64,000 nucleotides of DNA from Eledone cirrhosa. Lineage: Eukaryota. The notes beneath the pieces were generated by a model. That model was not told where the DNA came from and searched no databases. It saw nothing but the letters and a program-made list of their open reading frames with translations. The stretch is taken from assembly GCA_964016885.1 (NCBI GenBank), contig OZ024745.1, positions 18,600,001 to 18,664,000 on the forward strand, read 5' to 3'. Positions 1-14,059 of this stretch are shown here, piece by piece. The translations under genes and the position numbers were made by a program. The stretch's first letter is position 1; every line of letters begins with the position of its first letter.

Positions 1-147
1 CGCTTTTTGGAACGCTTCAAAAGGCATGCTTGCTGGGAACAGCAAGAACCCTCCGATACGTCCTGAATATCTGAGGCTGCCGGTAGTGGCTTGATATTCA
101 TCACAACAAACTTTCCAATTAACTAACATCAATGACTGAGACTCAAA
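1..147 (+). mobile_element. 3' end of R4/Dong-type RLE non-LTR retrotransposon (copy 1, runs off window start)
   Basis: Nearly identical to 927-1075 (encodes ...LFGTLQKACLLGTARTLRYVLNI* plus 3'UTR); followed directly by (TAA)n. Confidence 0.9.
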
Positions 148-157
148 GAGTAATAAC

Positions 158-243
<86 letters not shown>
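148..243 (+). repeat. (TAA)n microsatellite, target/tail of Dong-type elements
   Basis: About 30 TAA units between two Dong-like copies; a second (TAA)n follows copy 2 at ~1075-1122. Confidence 0.95.
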
Positions 244-1075
244 GGGAAAACCCCTTCATAGTACCTTCTTTGAGAAAACTGAATTTAGAGATCCACAGAC
301 ATGGAACTGGTTGAGAAGAGGAGACCTCAAAAAGGCTACAGAAGGAATGCTAATGGCTGCGCAGGAGCAGGCCCTCAAAACGAAGTGGTTGAAGCACCAT
401 ATCTACAAGGAGGAGGCCAGCCCACTGTGCAGGATCTGTGGAGAGAGAGAGGAGACTGTGGCTCACATTGTGTCCGAGTGTAAACACCTAGCCCAGACCC
501 ACTATAAGGGCTGGAGACACGATGTGATGGGCAGGGTGATCCACTGGCACCTGTGCAAAGTAAACAATCTACCACATTCTGAGAAATGGTATGAGCATAG
601 GCCAGAGGCGGTGATGGAGAACAATCAGGTGAAGGTGCTGTGGGATTTTAGGATACAGACGGACAAAAAACTGGAACACAATAGACCTGACCTGGTGGTT
701 GTGGACAAAGAAAAAAGATCGTGCCTGATTGTGGATGTGGCCTGCCCGTTCGACACGAGAGTGCAAGAGAAGGAGAGGGAGAAAATTAACCGATACCAGG
801 ACCTAAAGTGGGAGGTGAAAAGGATTTGGAACTGCCATGAAGTCAAAGTGATCCCGATTGTCATAGGCGCACTGGGGACTATCTCCAAAAGTTTCCAGGG
901 ATGGTTAAAGAAAATCGGCCCCTTCACGCTTTTTGGAACGCTTCAAAAGGCATGCTTGCTTGGAACAGCAAGAACCCTCCGATACGTCCTGAATATCTGA
1001 GGCTGCAGGTAGTGGCTTGATATTCAATCCAACGGACTTTCCAGTTAACCAACATCAATGACTGAGATTCAAGGA
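244..1075 (+). mobile_element. 5'-truncated R4/Dong-type non-LTR retrotransposon (copy 2) encoding CCHC finger + restriction-like endonuclease
   Basis: Frame is open from ~242 to the stop at 1000: KPLH...WNWL..G.LK..TEG...AAQEQAL, CRICG...ETVAHIVSEC, RHD, RPDL..VD, IVDVACP, EKINRYQDL, VIPIVIGALG. Flanked by TAA repeats on both sides. Confidence 0.92.
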
Positions 1076-1086
1076 ATAACAATAAC

Positions 1087-1123
<37 letters not shown>

Positions 1124-1139
1124 TTTATACTTATATATA

Positions 1140-1900
1140 CACTATATATAGTTATAAACAGGAAAGGTCAGTAATTCATTACCAACTTAATACCAGTAAG
1201 AAAAAAGCTCAATGTAAATACATCAGATTTTTTACAGAGCCGAAATATAAATTACAGAATAATCAAATCTATGTTCAAAACATTTTATTGCTGACAATCG
1301 TTTCTTCCAAACCTTCGTTTGGAATTATCGGAGCACTAGCAAAGTTTAGAGATATATTCCACAGAACAATTGTAAAGATACGTAGATGTTAGTGTTGTCA
1401 CTAACAGTGTCATATTTATAGAGTGAAGATGATGTGATCAGTTTCAGTGGATGCGACAAAGATTATGAAAGAATAATACAACAATTATAGAGGAATTAAA
1501 GAAGAAAGTTACTCGCAAAATGCGGACATTAGCGGTACATGTGGAAACGTATAGAAAGAGTTCAGATGTGTTAGGCATGTACAGAATAACCAGGTAAGAA
1601 ACAATCAATGGTACTAAGCATATATATCACAGTTTGGCAAAGGTATCACATAATACAATACAGGTGTAAAAGCATATTAAGCAGACAGAGATGCGTGGGT
1701 ATGAAAAGCAGTTTCTGGTGGATGCAATGTGATAATTGTTCCGGTAATGTTCAAATGTGCATGTGTTGTGAGTATTAATAGCAAGGTTTTCCTTTCCATT
1801 ACATTGGTTATATTTTAGTAAATGTTTATTAGTAGCTACAACGATGGATTGTATATTGGTCCTATTACAATCTTATCAAGGGTTCGAGTTGTTCTGGAGT
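1140..1900 (-). mobile_element. Decayed Penelope-like element 3' region
   Basis: Minus strand ~1820-1710 reads (with frameshifts) YNQCN.KENLAI...LN...EQLSHCIHQK, like a GIY-YIG PLE C-terminus. Hammerhead remnant at 1289-1335 followed by AATAAA. Boundaries approximate. Confidence 0.6.
1289..1335 (-). ncRNA. Degenerate minimal type I hammerhead ribozyme
   Basis: Minus: TGCT-CCGATAA-TTCCAAAC/GAAG/GTTTGGAA-GAAA-C GATT G-TC-AGCA. Stems I-III intact; core has two deviations from CUGANGA. Confidence 0.6.
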
Positions 1901-4101
1901 AATCTGTCTAACGGTTTAATTACACTTCCTGTAATTTATCAGAATATACATAACGTCTCAATAAAAAGAAATCGCTAAAAAAAATGTCATTCAGAAAAAG
2001 AGATACATGCGTGTATGATTAATTTCGAACACCACGCTGGTTCAATGACGAATGAACACAATTTTATTAACGGATATATACATTTTTTTCATTTTCTCAT
2101 AACGTACAGAATTAACTCCTCTATATATTAACTACAGCCATAGATTAAATGGCTATCTGTTATTATTTTGGACTTTCAAAATGCAGTAGGGATAAAAAAT
2201 GTTATCCCTAAGGAGAGATGATTCTAAAGTAATCTAAGTATGGTTGATATATATATATATACACAGAAATATTACCCTGACGAACATTACATTTATCCCA
2301 CGTTTGACAGTTATATGAACCTAGTTTATTCTCGAATTTTACCTCGCATCAACGAAACACGTTTTCCACTTTTTTATTGCTTTTTTTCTCACAAATCCAC
2401 GTGCAAACATACACAGGCACACATATATACTCACGTGTAAAACGTGTATGTATATATATATATTTCTGTTTTCATCCATTGATGCACTTTTGTCTCTTGC
2501 TGAAAATGTCTTAGTGTCCAGAGGTACGACAAAATGCTTTGTTCAAATGAAGAATATCTCGACAAAGATTGCTGACAGATAGTGTCAAATACAAAAGCCA
2601 GCATCAAAGAGATGATTATTTTGTGAACGATTCTCTGTATTTCCGGGCAGCACCTGATCTCGGAATTTCTTCTCAGAAATCTTGCCATCAACCAATGAAA
2701 TACCACCTTTAGATTATTGCGTGTTTCACATCTTCAAAGAAATTTCCAGTTCTAGTCGCCATGTTTATTGATGCATTTCTAACAAACTGATGGAAAACAT
2801 AATCAGAACCGGCTTTTTTTCTTCTTTTTCATCTTTATTCACGAGAAAATGAAGTCTATAAGAGTTCTTTCGGAACTTCATTCTCTGTATTACCAATAAA
2901 GTCTAATTTTGTAAAGAAAGATCTCCTTTATATGTTGTAAATATGAATTTGATATGAGGATTTTACATAACTAATCCTTTATTTATTTATTATTTATGAT
3001 TTAAAATAATAAACGAAAGTCTTTTTAAAATACAGATAAAACGCACTTGGATATATTTGTAATACTTTAAGCTTAAGAATTTCTCTGAGAAAAGTCGATC
3101 CTAAGACACGCTAGGACGTCTAGATAACATCTCTATGTTGGGTCAAAAATAAATATTTCACAAACAGAACACTAACTTTGAAATAACTGTCACTATAAAA
3201 GAAATACGACATCGCACTTAAAATATATTTGAAAAACAAGTTTACCATTTTTGTAATGATGGATGTCAGAGGAAGAAATACGGTCCTCGTGGTCTTTTAT
3301 TAGGACCTTCTCTACCGGAAGGGGAGAAGAATCATCCTTATCGTAATTCGGAGTTACGCAATTTTCGGCAACACAATTTCACTCACACTACCAGAGTTAA
3401 CTTGAAACTATGTTGAAAACATACAGCGAGATCGAAGCCGCGAAGAGAAGGTTTTAACCATGCCTGTGTCTGTAAGAATGGAACCAGTAAATATATCATG
3501 AAGAGAAATAGATTCATAACATCTATGGCTTCAAACAAATGTTTCATCAGTAATATTGTTCAATCTGTCATTTGAAACTACTCGTGGAATACGTTCATCT
3601 TAAACCCCAATACACGTAACTGCTACCATCTTAAAATGTCTCAATATTCACTGAAAGATAAATCTAAATTTCTCAATATCTGAAAGTCGTGTTATTAGCT
3701 GTCACTCACTAACAAACACTGATAGAAACTTCATTGAATCCTCACTGATAACTAATCAATCAACTCGAAATCTCATTAGAAAGAACTTCTCTTCTTTATA
3801 CGATTTCTATATATTTTATTTGCCCGACACTATTATATCGGATATTTGCACGTAATGATTTTCACATTTCAAAGTGACATTTATGTTTTAATTCATTATA
3901 TGTTCATTGAAACAGACAGTCCATGATGAGAATCGAAACCATTAGGATACATTTAACAAAGTAAAAAAAGGTGTTTATGCTTTTAGAGAAAAGAAAGATC
4001 GCTTTGGGAGAATTAGCGTATATCAATGTCACTCCAGTAATTTTTCTTACACAAATAGTCCGTAGGAATGAATATATATATATATATATGTGTGTATGTG
4101 G

Positions 4102-4371
4102 TTAATGGCTGAGATTGATCGCATGTCTGTTCATTGTATTAGCCAGATCTCTGAGCGTCGAAAGTGCTCTACGAGCTACAAGTACATGGGTGCCTATGCT
4201 CTGGCCGCCCCGCGGCCCCGATAGACAGAATAGAGAAGGCGTTTTCCCGGAGGATGGTGAGGGAAACGTGCTGAAACAGCCATTCCAGCGCGTGAGGTTC
4301 ACATTTGCGGGTAGCCAACTCCGTGCCGATGGTGGTGACTAGGGAAGTGGTTATTGGGCTAATGGCACCAG
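4102..4371 (-). mobile_element. CRE-clade non-LTR retrotransposon 3' fragment
   Basis: Minus frame reads GAISPITTSLVTTIGTELATRKCEPHALEWLFQHVSLTILRENAFSIL..., matching the CRE RLE C-terminal pattern (EP.E..WL.QR.SLA..RGNA.SI). Homologous to 18445-18500. Confidence 0.65.
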
Positions 4372-4533
4372 AAAAAAAAAACTATTCTAATCTGCTGCTA
4401 GAAGCCCTGATGTCTGAATATATATATACGGAACAGTGTTTGTTGTGGGCTGGGTCACTTTTGATTTTGGACTAAACAACTAAACTAACACTTCTGTTAT
4501 CATAGTCATGTGAACTGACCAGATATTATGTCA

Positions 4534-4751
4534 TACAAGGGTGGGCTGAAAAGGTTCATAGGTTGACTGTGTAGGAGTGATGCTAGAGCTATGGAATCTT
4601 GCATCACTCCTCACAGTCAACCTATGAACTTTTCAAATCTTCTTATTAATAACTACATTGTTTCCAAAGACTATGTTGAAAAATAAACCTCATTTGGTCA
4701 TTCCATGAGAGTATCTTGGTCAGCCTATGAACCTTTGACCCGACCCTCGTT
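4534..4751. mobile_element. Tc1/mariner-type MITE remnant
   Basis: Imperfect TIRs TACAAGGGTGGGCTGAAAAGGTTCATAGGTTGAC / GTCAGCCTATGAACCTTTGACCCGACCCTCGT; ACGAGGG-type termini. Confidence 0.7.
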
Positions 4752-5174
4752 AACACACGAAAATTAGATATAGTATTCGTCAATCAACAACTTAACACAT
4801 TTTCTTGGAGGCTGTTAGTGCTCGTTTTTTGTTTTTCACAACATATGATAGTTATTTCTACAGTAATATATACCTGCTGCATATACTGGAAGAGTTTATC
4901 TCAATAGAAAACTTTTTTATTCTCTTTATCTGGATCAAAAAAACATAATATTGTACAACTAAGAAAGCTTTAGATGAAAAAGATATATATTTTTCATTGT
5001 TATAAAGAAATAATATTAACGATATTGTGAAATCATTGCCAAAGCACTGCTTTGTAGACAGTATTTCATATGAATAATTACAGTTCAGGAAGGTTTCCGT
5101 TATATAGACAGAGATAAATTAGAAAACGGATTACATTCTAGATTACTTGGTTAAAATATTCGAAGCACATAAAT

Positions 5175-5262
5175 TCCCAAATATCAGTATATATATATAT
5201 GTCTGTGTGTGCGTGTGTGTGTGTGTGTGTGTGTCTATGTGTGTGTCTGTATGTGTGTGTGT

Positions 5263-5333
<71 letters not shown>

Positions 5334-5345
5334 TTAGTGTGTGTG
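5175..5345. repeat. (TA)n/(TG)n microsatellite
   Basis: Direct reading. Confidence 0.95.
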
Positions 5346-5392
5346 TATATGTTGTTGATATAGTTATTGTTCTTATAACTGGTGTTGTTGGG

Positions 5393-5604
5393 TTGGCAGT
5401 ATCGGCAGGGAATCGGATAACATGCTTTGCGGTATATACGAGTTAGGGCCTTTAATATTCTGAGCACAAATCCTGCCAAAGTTAACGTTGCCTTTCATCA
5501 TTATGCGGTAGATAAAGTAAAGTACCAACAACCCACAATTTAATCGATTTAATTCGCTTTCCCCCAAAACCTGTTGGCCTTGTGCCTAAAGTAGAAACAA
5601 TTAT
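5393..5604 (+). mobile_element. tRNA-derived SINE, family A (diverged copy)
   Basis: TGGCAGTATCGG A-box, CACAAATCC B-box remnant, central TTGCCTTTCATC...GATAAA..AAAGTACCA, tail GGCCTTGTGCCTAAAGTAGAAACAATT. Confidence 0.8.
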
Positions 5605-5806
5605 GTGTGTGGAATAGAGATTGTTATAGGATTGTCTGGCGGTCAATTTGAAACCGTTTCAATAGGAAAAAGTTGATGTTTTTGTTATCGAAACGGTTTA
5701 AGTTTAACCGTCGGGCATTAGGTCGAATGATAATATTTATACTCTACTTTCTCCAGATAAGGAGTACTTAATTGAATAATAATCCTACTGGTCTTATCTA
5801 GTAAGA

Positions 5807-6290
<484 letters not shown>

Positions 6291-7109
6291 GAAATAGATG
6301 GATACATAAGGTTCTCACTCTTTTAAATATGTTTTTCAGTATAATTGTTTATATATGCGCCTATATGTTTGTGTATGTATATGTCGTTACATGTGCGTTT
6401 CTTTTCACATGTATGTGTATGTATGTGTATGTATGTGCATGTATGTGTATCTATGTTTGTGTATGTTTGTTGTCTGGAAGTATGTTTTGATAATGAATAC
6501 AATTAAAATAAAAAGAAAATAACAAAACCTATCAAATTATTTTACGGATAATTGCATTAAAACCACCTTTAAACCAACTCCATGCTGATGTCAGAGTAAA
6601 ATGTAACTACATTAAAAAACATAATATAGTTATGAATTATAAAAAATATATGAAAATATATGAGAATTTTTTCCATTGAATTCAACGCAAATACATAAAA
6701 CGTTGACTAAATTAAATGATGTGTTTATTTTCAGAGTTGCGCCTGAATTTTAATCACAAATTTTTGAAAAAGCTAACGTTTATTGTGGCTATACAATATA
6801 GGTGTCGAACGATAAAACGTTCATCCATTTAAAGATTTCAAGTAAACCGAAGTGAAATACATTAAATGTAAGTCCTTAATGGAGAGAGTTTGTTGTATAA
6901 AGTAGGTTAATGTCTGCTTGTCTGACACCTAGTATGCAAAAGCACACTATTGATCATGCGGTAGATATAAGCCATTCATTAGTTGTTAATTGCTTTGGCA
7001 ATTGACAATTGGTAATGTTGTGATTTACTCTCTGTTGTGACGTGTACACAGCATGAGATTACTTACCGTCATTATATTCAACTGTGTAGGTGGAAATATC
7101 TTAATATTT

Positions 7110-7335
7110 TCAGGCTCTTCCGGGTTGAACGAAACCCAATTTTGTTTATCCCGGTTTCATGGAGGTCAAACAACAACGATAACTTTGCCTTTCATCCATT
7201 CGAGGTCGATAAAAAGTATCCTCCTAGTACTGGAGCCGATTCTTTCTCTATATCTATTTCTCTCGTCCTTCCTTTTACTTTCTATCCTTCTCTGGAAGAG
7301 ATCTGCTGTATTCATACCTAGAGAGAGAGGGACTG
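7110..7335 (+). mobile_element. SINE family A variant with TC-rich alternative 3' end
   Basis: AACTTTGCCTTTCATCCATTCGAGGTCGATAAAAAGTA core, then a TC-rich segment and GATCTGCTGTATTC. Same layout at 12680-12990 and 29480-29770. Confidence 0.65.
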
Positions 7336-7903
7336 TAAGCGCATATGTATATGGATGCATCATGTTTGTGTATTCTGTATGTATATATCTATGTATGTAT
7401 ATATGTATATAGTCAAATCTTCACTGACGACAGACGGCTTGCCAAACATGTGGTAGAGAATGTAAATCAGCAGGAGGGCTCAAGCGACATGCAAAAGTAC
7501 ACGAACTCCAACCACAGCCGACTATTCCCAGTGAATGTTTTGGTTGCCGACTCTGTGCAAGACATTTTAGATCATTGGCTGGGCTAAAAAGCCACATTCG
7601 ATCGCAGCGCTGTTAGTTGCTATCGTGTGTGTATAGATATGTTTATGTGTGTGCGTGTATGTGTATATATATATGTATATGTATTTTATTATTGTTGTTG
7701 TCGTTATTATTATTGTTGTTATTATTATTATTGTTATTAATGTATATGTGTGTGTATATATGTGTGTGTGTATGTATGTATATGTATGTGTATGTGTATG
7801 TATATATATATATTTCTTTTTTTTATTTTTATTTTATTTTTTATTTATTTATTAATTATTTTTTTCTCCTCGTGTAATGGCCATACTCGATAACGAGGGG
7901 GCA

Positions 7904-8017
<114 letters not shown>

Positions 8018-9135
8018 ACGCATGTAAGTCACTATGTATTAACACTACGTACATAATAATTAATTGAAAAATAAATGACTAAGTAGGAAAAATATATATC
8101 AGTATGACTTGATAATACCTACAAAATTAAAAATGTGCTTTGATGATCTTGTTCCAGATCACTTTGTCTCATCTTGACTAACTAGAAACTCAGTGTCTTC
8201 AACCAGGATCTGTTGTGTTTCAACGAATAATGATATATTTCTATGGTCGTAGTTTTTTACACTCGAATTTCCAGACTTTTTAACTCATTGTTTTCATCCT
8301 TCTTATCGCCTGAACGCTTTCAAGTGAATTCATTCCTTTTGTCATATTTTCTCCTTCTTCATTGTGGCCTCATGTATGGGACTTTCAAAACAGAACAAAA
8401 TTCCTCTAGAAGACAAAACCAACACCAACATCAACGAGAGCAATTATTTCTCGTACATATAAGACGTGGCGGCTAGATCTGGAAACTGAAATCATGTCTC
8501 TGCGACTATAAGACCTTAAGTACTAAGCGACGAGACTTTCACATGTCTTTAAATAACCAAAAACCATATTGTGCTCTGTGTAAGCACATGCTTCCAAACT
8601 AAACCTGAACAGTTATTTAGCTGCGTGACAAACTCCTATAACTATTATAACGATAGATTTAGCAATACCCTATTGGGTTTATAATACCAATATTTTTATC
8701 AATATATATTGGGTTGGTTTTTTTTAATCAATAGTTGCCAGGCTAAATTAGACGCGAAACCAATTTCTAGTTAAAATGTTTCCTCTGTAGAAAACAGTAA
8801 CAACTTACAGTATCGACCAAAAGTTAGTATTTGCCAATATTTATGAATATTTCATGAAGCAACAGTTTCAATTGCTTCGGTAAATTTCGTGCCGCCATTT
8901 ATATGTTTTTTTTTTGTATATATATCTATATATATTTATTAACAATTGTATATAATTTTCCTTCCATATTTTCTATATTTTTCTTTTTTTTACATTTTAT
9001 TCATTTACATTCAGTTAATTGATTCCGCCATATTGGTATGTGAAGGTATGCGTATTTATATATATACATATATATATGCGTGTGTATGTTTGTGTGTGTT
9101 TATGTATACTTGTACATGTATATATATTTACATAT

Positions 9136-9168
<33 letters not shown>

Positions 9169-9439
9169 TATATATACAGATATAATGAAGAAGTTTCACA
9201 TTAAGGTTTATAAGAATTAAAACCAGTTACGAAAGTTTCACATATGATTTGCTCAAGGTCTATATTTGTGTTAGATACCCAAACCCAGCATCAACAAAGA
9301 GAGAGGGAGAAAGTGTGTGTGTGTGTGCGTTTGTGTGTAAGCGAGAGAGAGAGTCGTGTTTGCCACCACCACCTCGAGTAAACTATTATTGTATATCGTT
9401 TGTGTCCCCCCCCCCCCCCCCCACCACCACCACACACAT

Positions 9440-10692
<1,253 letters not shown>

Positions 10693-10715
10693 AACATACA
10701 TACACACTTACATAC

Positions 10716-11008
10716 ATGGTGGCTGCCAACTCGTTTTCGAGTACGGCCATTACTTTATATCCATGTAGGAGAACCCCTACCGATGCGCTGAACGAGTGTG
10801 ACATTTTAGTCCAGCCAGGGACTTGAAAACTCTTAAGAACTCCTTTGCTCTTTGTCAGGTTTTGTTTTTAGTCCTGCAGGATGTCCAAAGTCACCCTCCT
10901 CACCAAGAAACCTTGTGGGGTTGCCAGTTTAGTCGCCAACAAACCCGACCATGAGACAGGTTGTACTGGGATACATGTTACCAGTAGCACCAACTGGTGA
11001 CCTGACAT
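10716..11008 (-). mobile_element. Non-autonomous RTE-like element, internally deleted copy
   Basis: Matches both ends of the 31906-32516 copy; internal ~320 bp missing at an ACTCT microhomology. Confidence 0.75.
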
Positions 11009-11021
11009 ATGTACATACATA

Positions 11022-11435
11022 CATGGTGGCTGCCAACTCGTTTTCGAGTACGGCCACTACTTTATATCCATGTAGGAGAACCCCTACCGATGCGCTGAAC
11101 GAGTGTGACTTTTTAGTCCAGCCAGCGACTTGAAAACTCTGGTACAAACACTACACTTGTGACAATTATTGACACATAGTGCTGGGCCCATGGTACCATG
11201 TAACGACAAGTGCAGAGAGATCTCCAGATATAAAGCAATGCCTGTGCCGTGAAGCTTTTATAGTGAGCAAAGGCACTGCAGAAAGCCAGTCCACCTCTCT
11301 TAACCAAGTTGATATTTACCAAAAAGAAGAACAAGTCAACATCATTGGATACCATCAGAGTTGCAGGTGTTATATCAGAGTTTTCCTTCTCCTATAATTC
11401 TGCCTTGACAAAGGCTAAGGGGGTCATCTCTCCCG
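11022..11435 (-). mobile_element. Non-autonomous RTE-like element, truncated copy
   Basis: High identity to 31906-32313; flanked by (TACA)n. Confidence 0.75.
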
Positions 11436-11499
11436 AATACATACATACATACATACATACATACATACATACATACATACATACATACATACATACATA

Positions 11500-11715
11500 C
11501 CAACCCGCTTGGACCAATGTATAACTGAAACTTGCATTTGCGGACAAAGAGCGCAGCTCCCTAATTCATAGTCTACAAATGCCTGCGATAGCTGGCACCT
11601 TCAAAATTTGTAAAACATTCTTGCGATTCAAGGGATGACAATTTCTTTTCTTTTACAACCTTGCCACTAGGGAGGTGGCCGGTCAAAAATATACTCGAAA
11701 TTAAGAGAAAAAGAT
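11500..11715 (+). mobile_element. R4-clade RLE element extreme 3' fragment
   Basis: Reads [37 protein letters not shown], similar to the C-terminus of the 9440-10692 element. Confidence 0.55.
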
Positions 11716-11817
11716 AACATATATACATACATTTATACATACATATATACATACACATATATACACATACACATATATACATACACATATATACATACAT
11801 ATACACACACACGAACC

Positions 11818-11848
<31 letters not shown>

Positions 11849-12679
11849 CTACCCCTTGACCTTCTCTCATTTTAATTTAACATTGCTATATAATTTACTG
11901 TATTAATATCGTGCATTTATTCTTCATGAAACACATAATATTAACTGCTAAATCTGAATAGTTTTAACTGAATACTGTTTAATCAACCATCTCCATCACC
12001 AACAATATTTTGATGTGTCAGGGGCGGTATATAAGAATATAATTTCATAATCAATATTATGGAAGTGTGTCAATGTTATTGCAATAGCATAGCAAATGGG
12101 TGATGTATTATTATCCTACGACCTCAGTAATAATGTTTGGTTCATAACTCATCCTTTAAGTAAGTTTGGGCCCTTTAGAAGATTTAGATTATTTGAAAAG
12201 GAAAAAGATGAACCCGTGATTTAAATTCATTGAATTTAACCGATGACGTATACAGTCGAAATATTCATTAGTAGCATACGGTAGGCTTACAGGAAATAAG
12301 AGGCTGCTGACCACAATTTATGAAGGCTTCAGTTCATGTAAAGGATGAATTATGCTCGTCTCCTGTCACTTCTTAATCGGTCCCTCGTTAATTAATAAGG
12401 GAGTTTATAACCAGCTCTGAAACCTCCGGAGTGAAATGACATTTATAATTGCTGCATACATGAACAGCATGAACAGGCGATGTGAATTATGTATAGAATT
12501 AATTCGTGTGATGTTATTCATTATTATTTACCATTATTTTCAAAGACGTTGATTGTTTGTAATAAATACACAGATGTATCTCCTTTCCTCTTTTTCAACT
12601 TCATTATACGTGGGTTTTCTTTGAAACTATCATCACTCTGTTTTAGGGTTGTATTAATCACACTACACGGCCAATTGAC

Positions 12680-12800
12680 ACACTCGTTCGAATGTCGGAT
12701 AAAGTGTTTTATGCTATTCGCTTCGACTCTCTGCTCTCTGAGTTTATTTCATCTTTTCGAGGTCGATAAAATAGTACCAGTCTAATACTGGAGTCGATAC

Positions 12801-12885
<85 letters not shown>

Positions 12886-12990
12886 CTAACCTTCTCTAGA
12901 AAAAATCTGCTGTACTCAGGCCTGGAGAGGGATTTAAAATGCCTAAAAACGCCGTATGCCACTGCGGCGCCCCTACGACTACATCAGAAG
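12680..12990 (+). mobile_element. SINE family A variant with internal (TC)n
   Basis: TTTCATCTTTTCGAGGTCGATAAAATAGTACCAG core, (TC)n, ATCTGCTGTACTC...TTTAAAATGCC tail. Confidence 0.65.
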
Positions 12991-13149
12991 TCACGGGACC
13001 TTACCACACCAATCATACTACATGATGCAGTAGGCAAGAATATAAATGCAATTATTCAAAAGCAGCCAACTGTCAATCTGTAATGTATATCAGACTAGAT
13101 ATTATCACGCGGCAAATTTTCTTCTACAATATTAGATATTGTAGTATGT

Positions 13150-13435
13150 TAGACAATAATCAAATCTAAAGTCTGTCTCATCAGAAAGATGCTTATCTGG
13201 GTCCCGTTTGTTAAGTGACAGAGGGTACAAGACTCCTCCTGGACAGGACGCCAGTTCATCGCAAGGTTAAATCGCGAGCTACTGCTTGTACACATTTTTA
13301 GTTGAGTAAATTGTAGCAACGTGAATTGAAGTGTTTTGCTCAAGAACACAACACACATCCCACTCAAGAAATCGAACCCACGACATTATGATCGTAAGTC
13401 CAACACCCTTAACTCTAGGCCACGCGCTTCCACGT
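13150..13435 (-). mobile_element. tRNA-derived SINE, family B (V-domain-like middle)
   Basis: Minus: GCGCGTGGCCTAGAGTTAAGG (A box) ... GGTTCGATTTC (B box), TTGTGTTCTTGAGCAAAACACTT, CCTTGCGATGAACTGGCGTCCTGTCCAGG. Confidence 0.75.
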
Positions 13436-14059
13436 TACACAATAATAGCTTCCTTTAAAGATTTCGATATATTCAGTGTTGATTGTGATTTTAATGATTC
13501 CATCAAGTCAGCACTCGTTATTGATTGAATATTCATATTGAATATTGCTGTTAATTCAGATTTTTAGTTACGCATTTCTTGTTGAAAGAATTATCGTTAA
13601 ACAATCGAAAAAAACGATATTTTTTTCTATTGGAACTAGTTGTTTTAGTTGTGTTTGTTAATGTTATTATTAGAATAGTTTGATCGAGAATTCCAAAGGT
13701 AATTTGCTTCTAGATGTTTAAAAATAAAATAATTTTTAAAGATACGCCCAGTCACTCGGTACCTATTAAACCAGGATAAGATCTATGTTTCGTCCAACCT
13801 ATACAAGTAAGGTAACACATGTAAAACGAGTGGTAACACAAATGTAAAACAGATGTAAAATGAATTGTAACACAGATGTAAAACAATCATTCTAATTCAC
13901 TCACACGATATGTAATTCGAAGCTAACTCAAAGTTATTTTTCTTTCATCTTACATCTATAATAAAATTGTCAATGTTATAGGGTTGAGTTGATTTCAAAT
14001 ACGGTCGAGGTTTGTATTATACTTGAGATTTGTATTATACTTCTGTACGTAAATAATTC

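Noticed and set aside
13340-13432. tRNA gene (also at other A/B-box sites)
   Set aside because: No cloverleaf or acceptor stem; these continue into SINE bodies.
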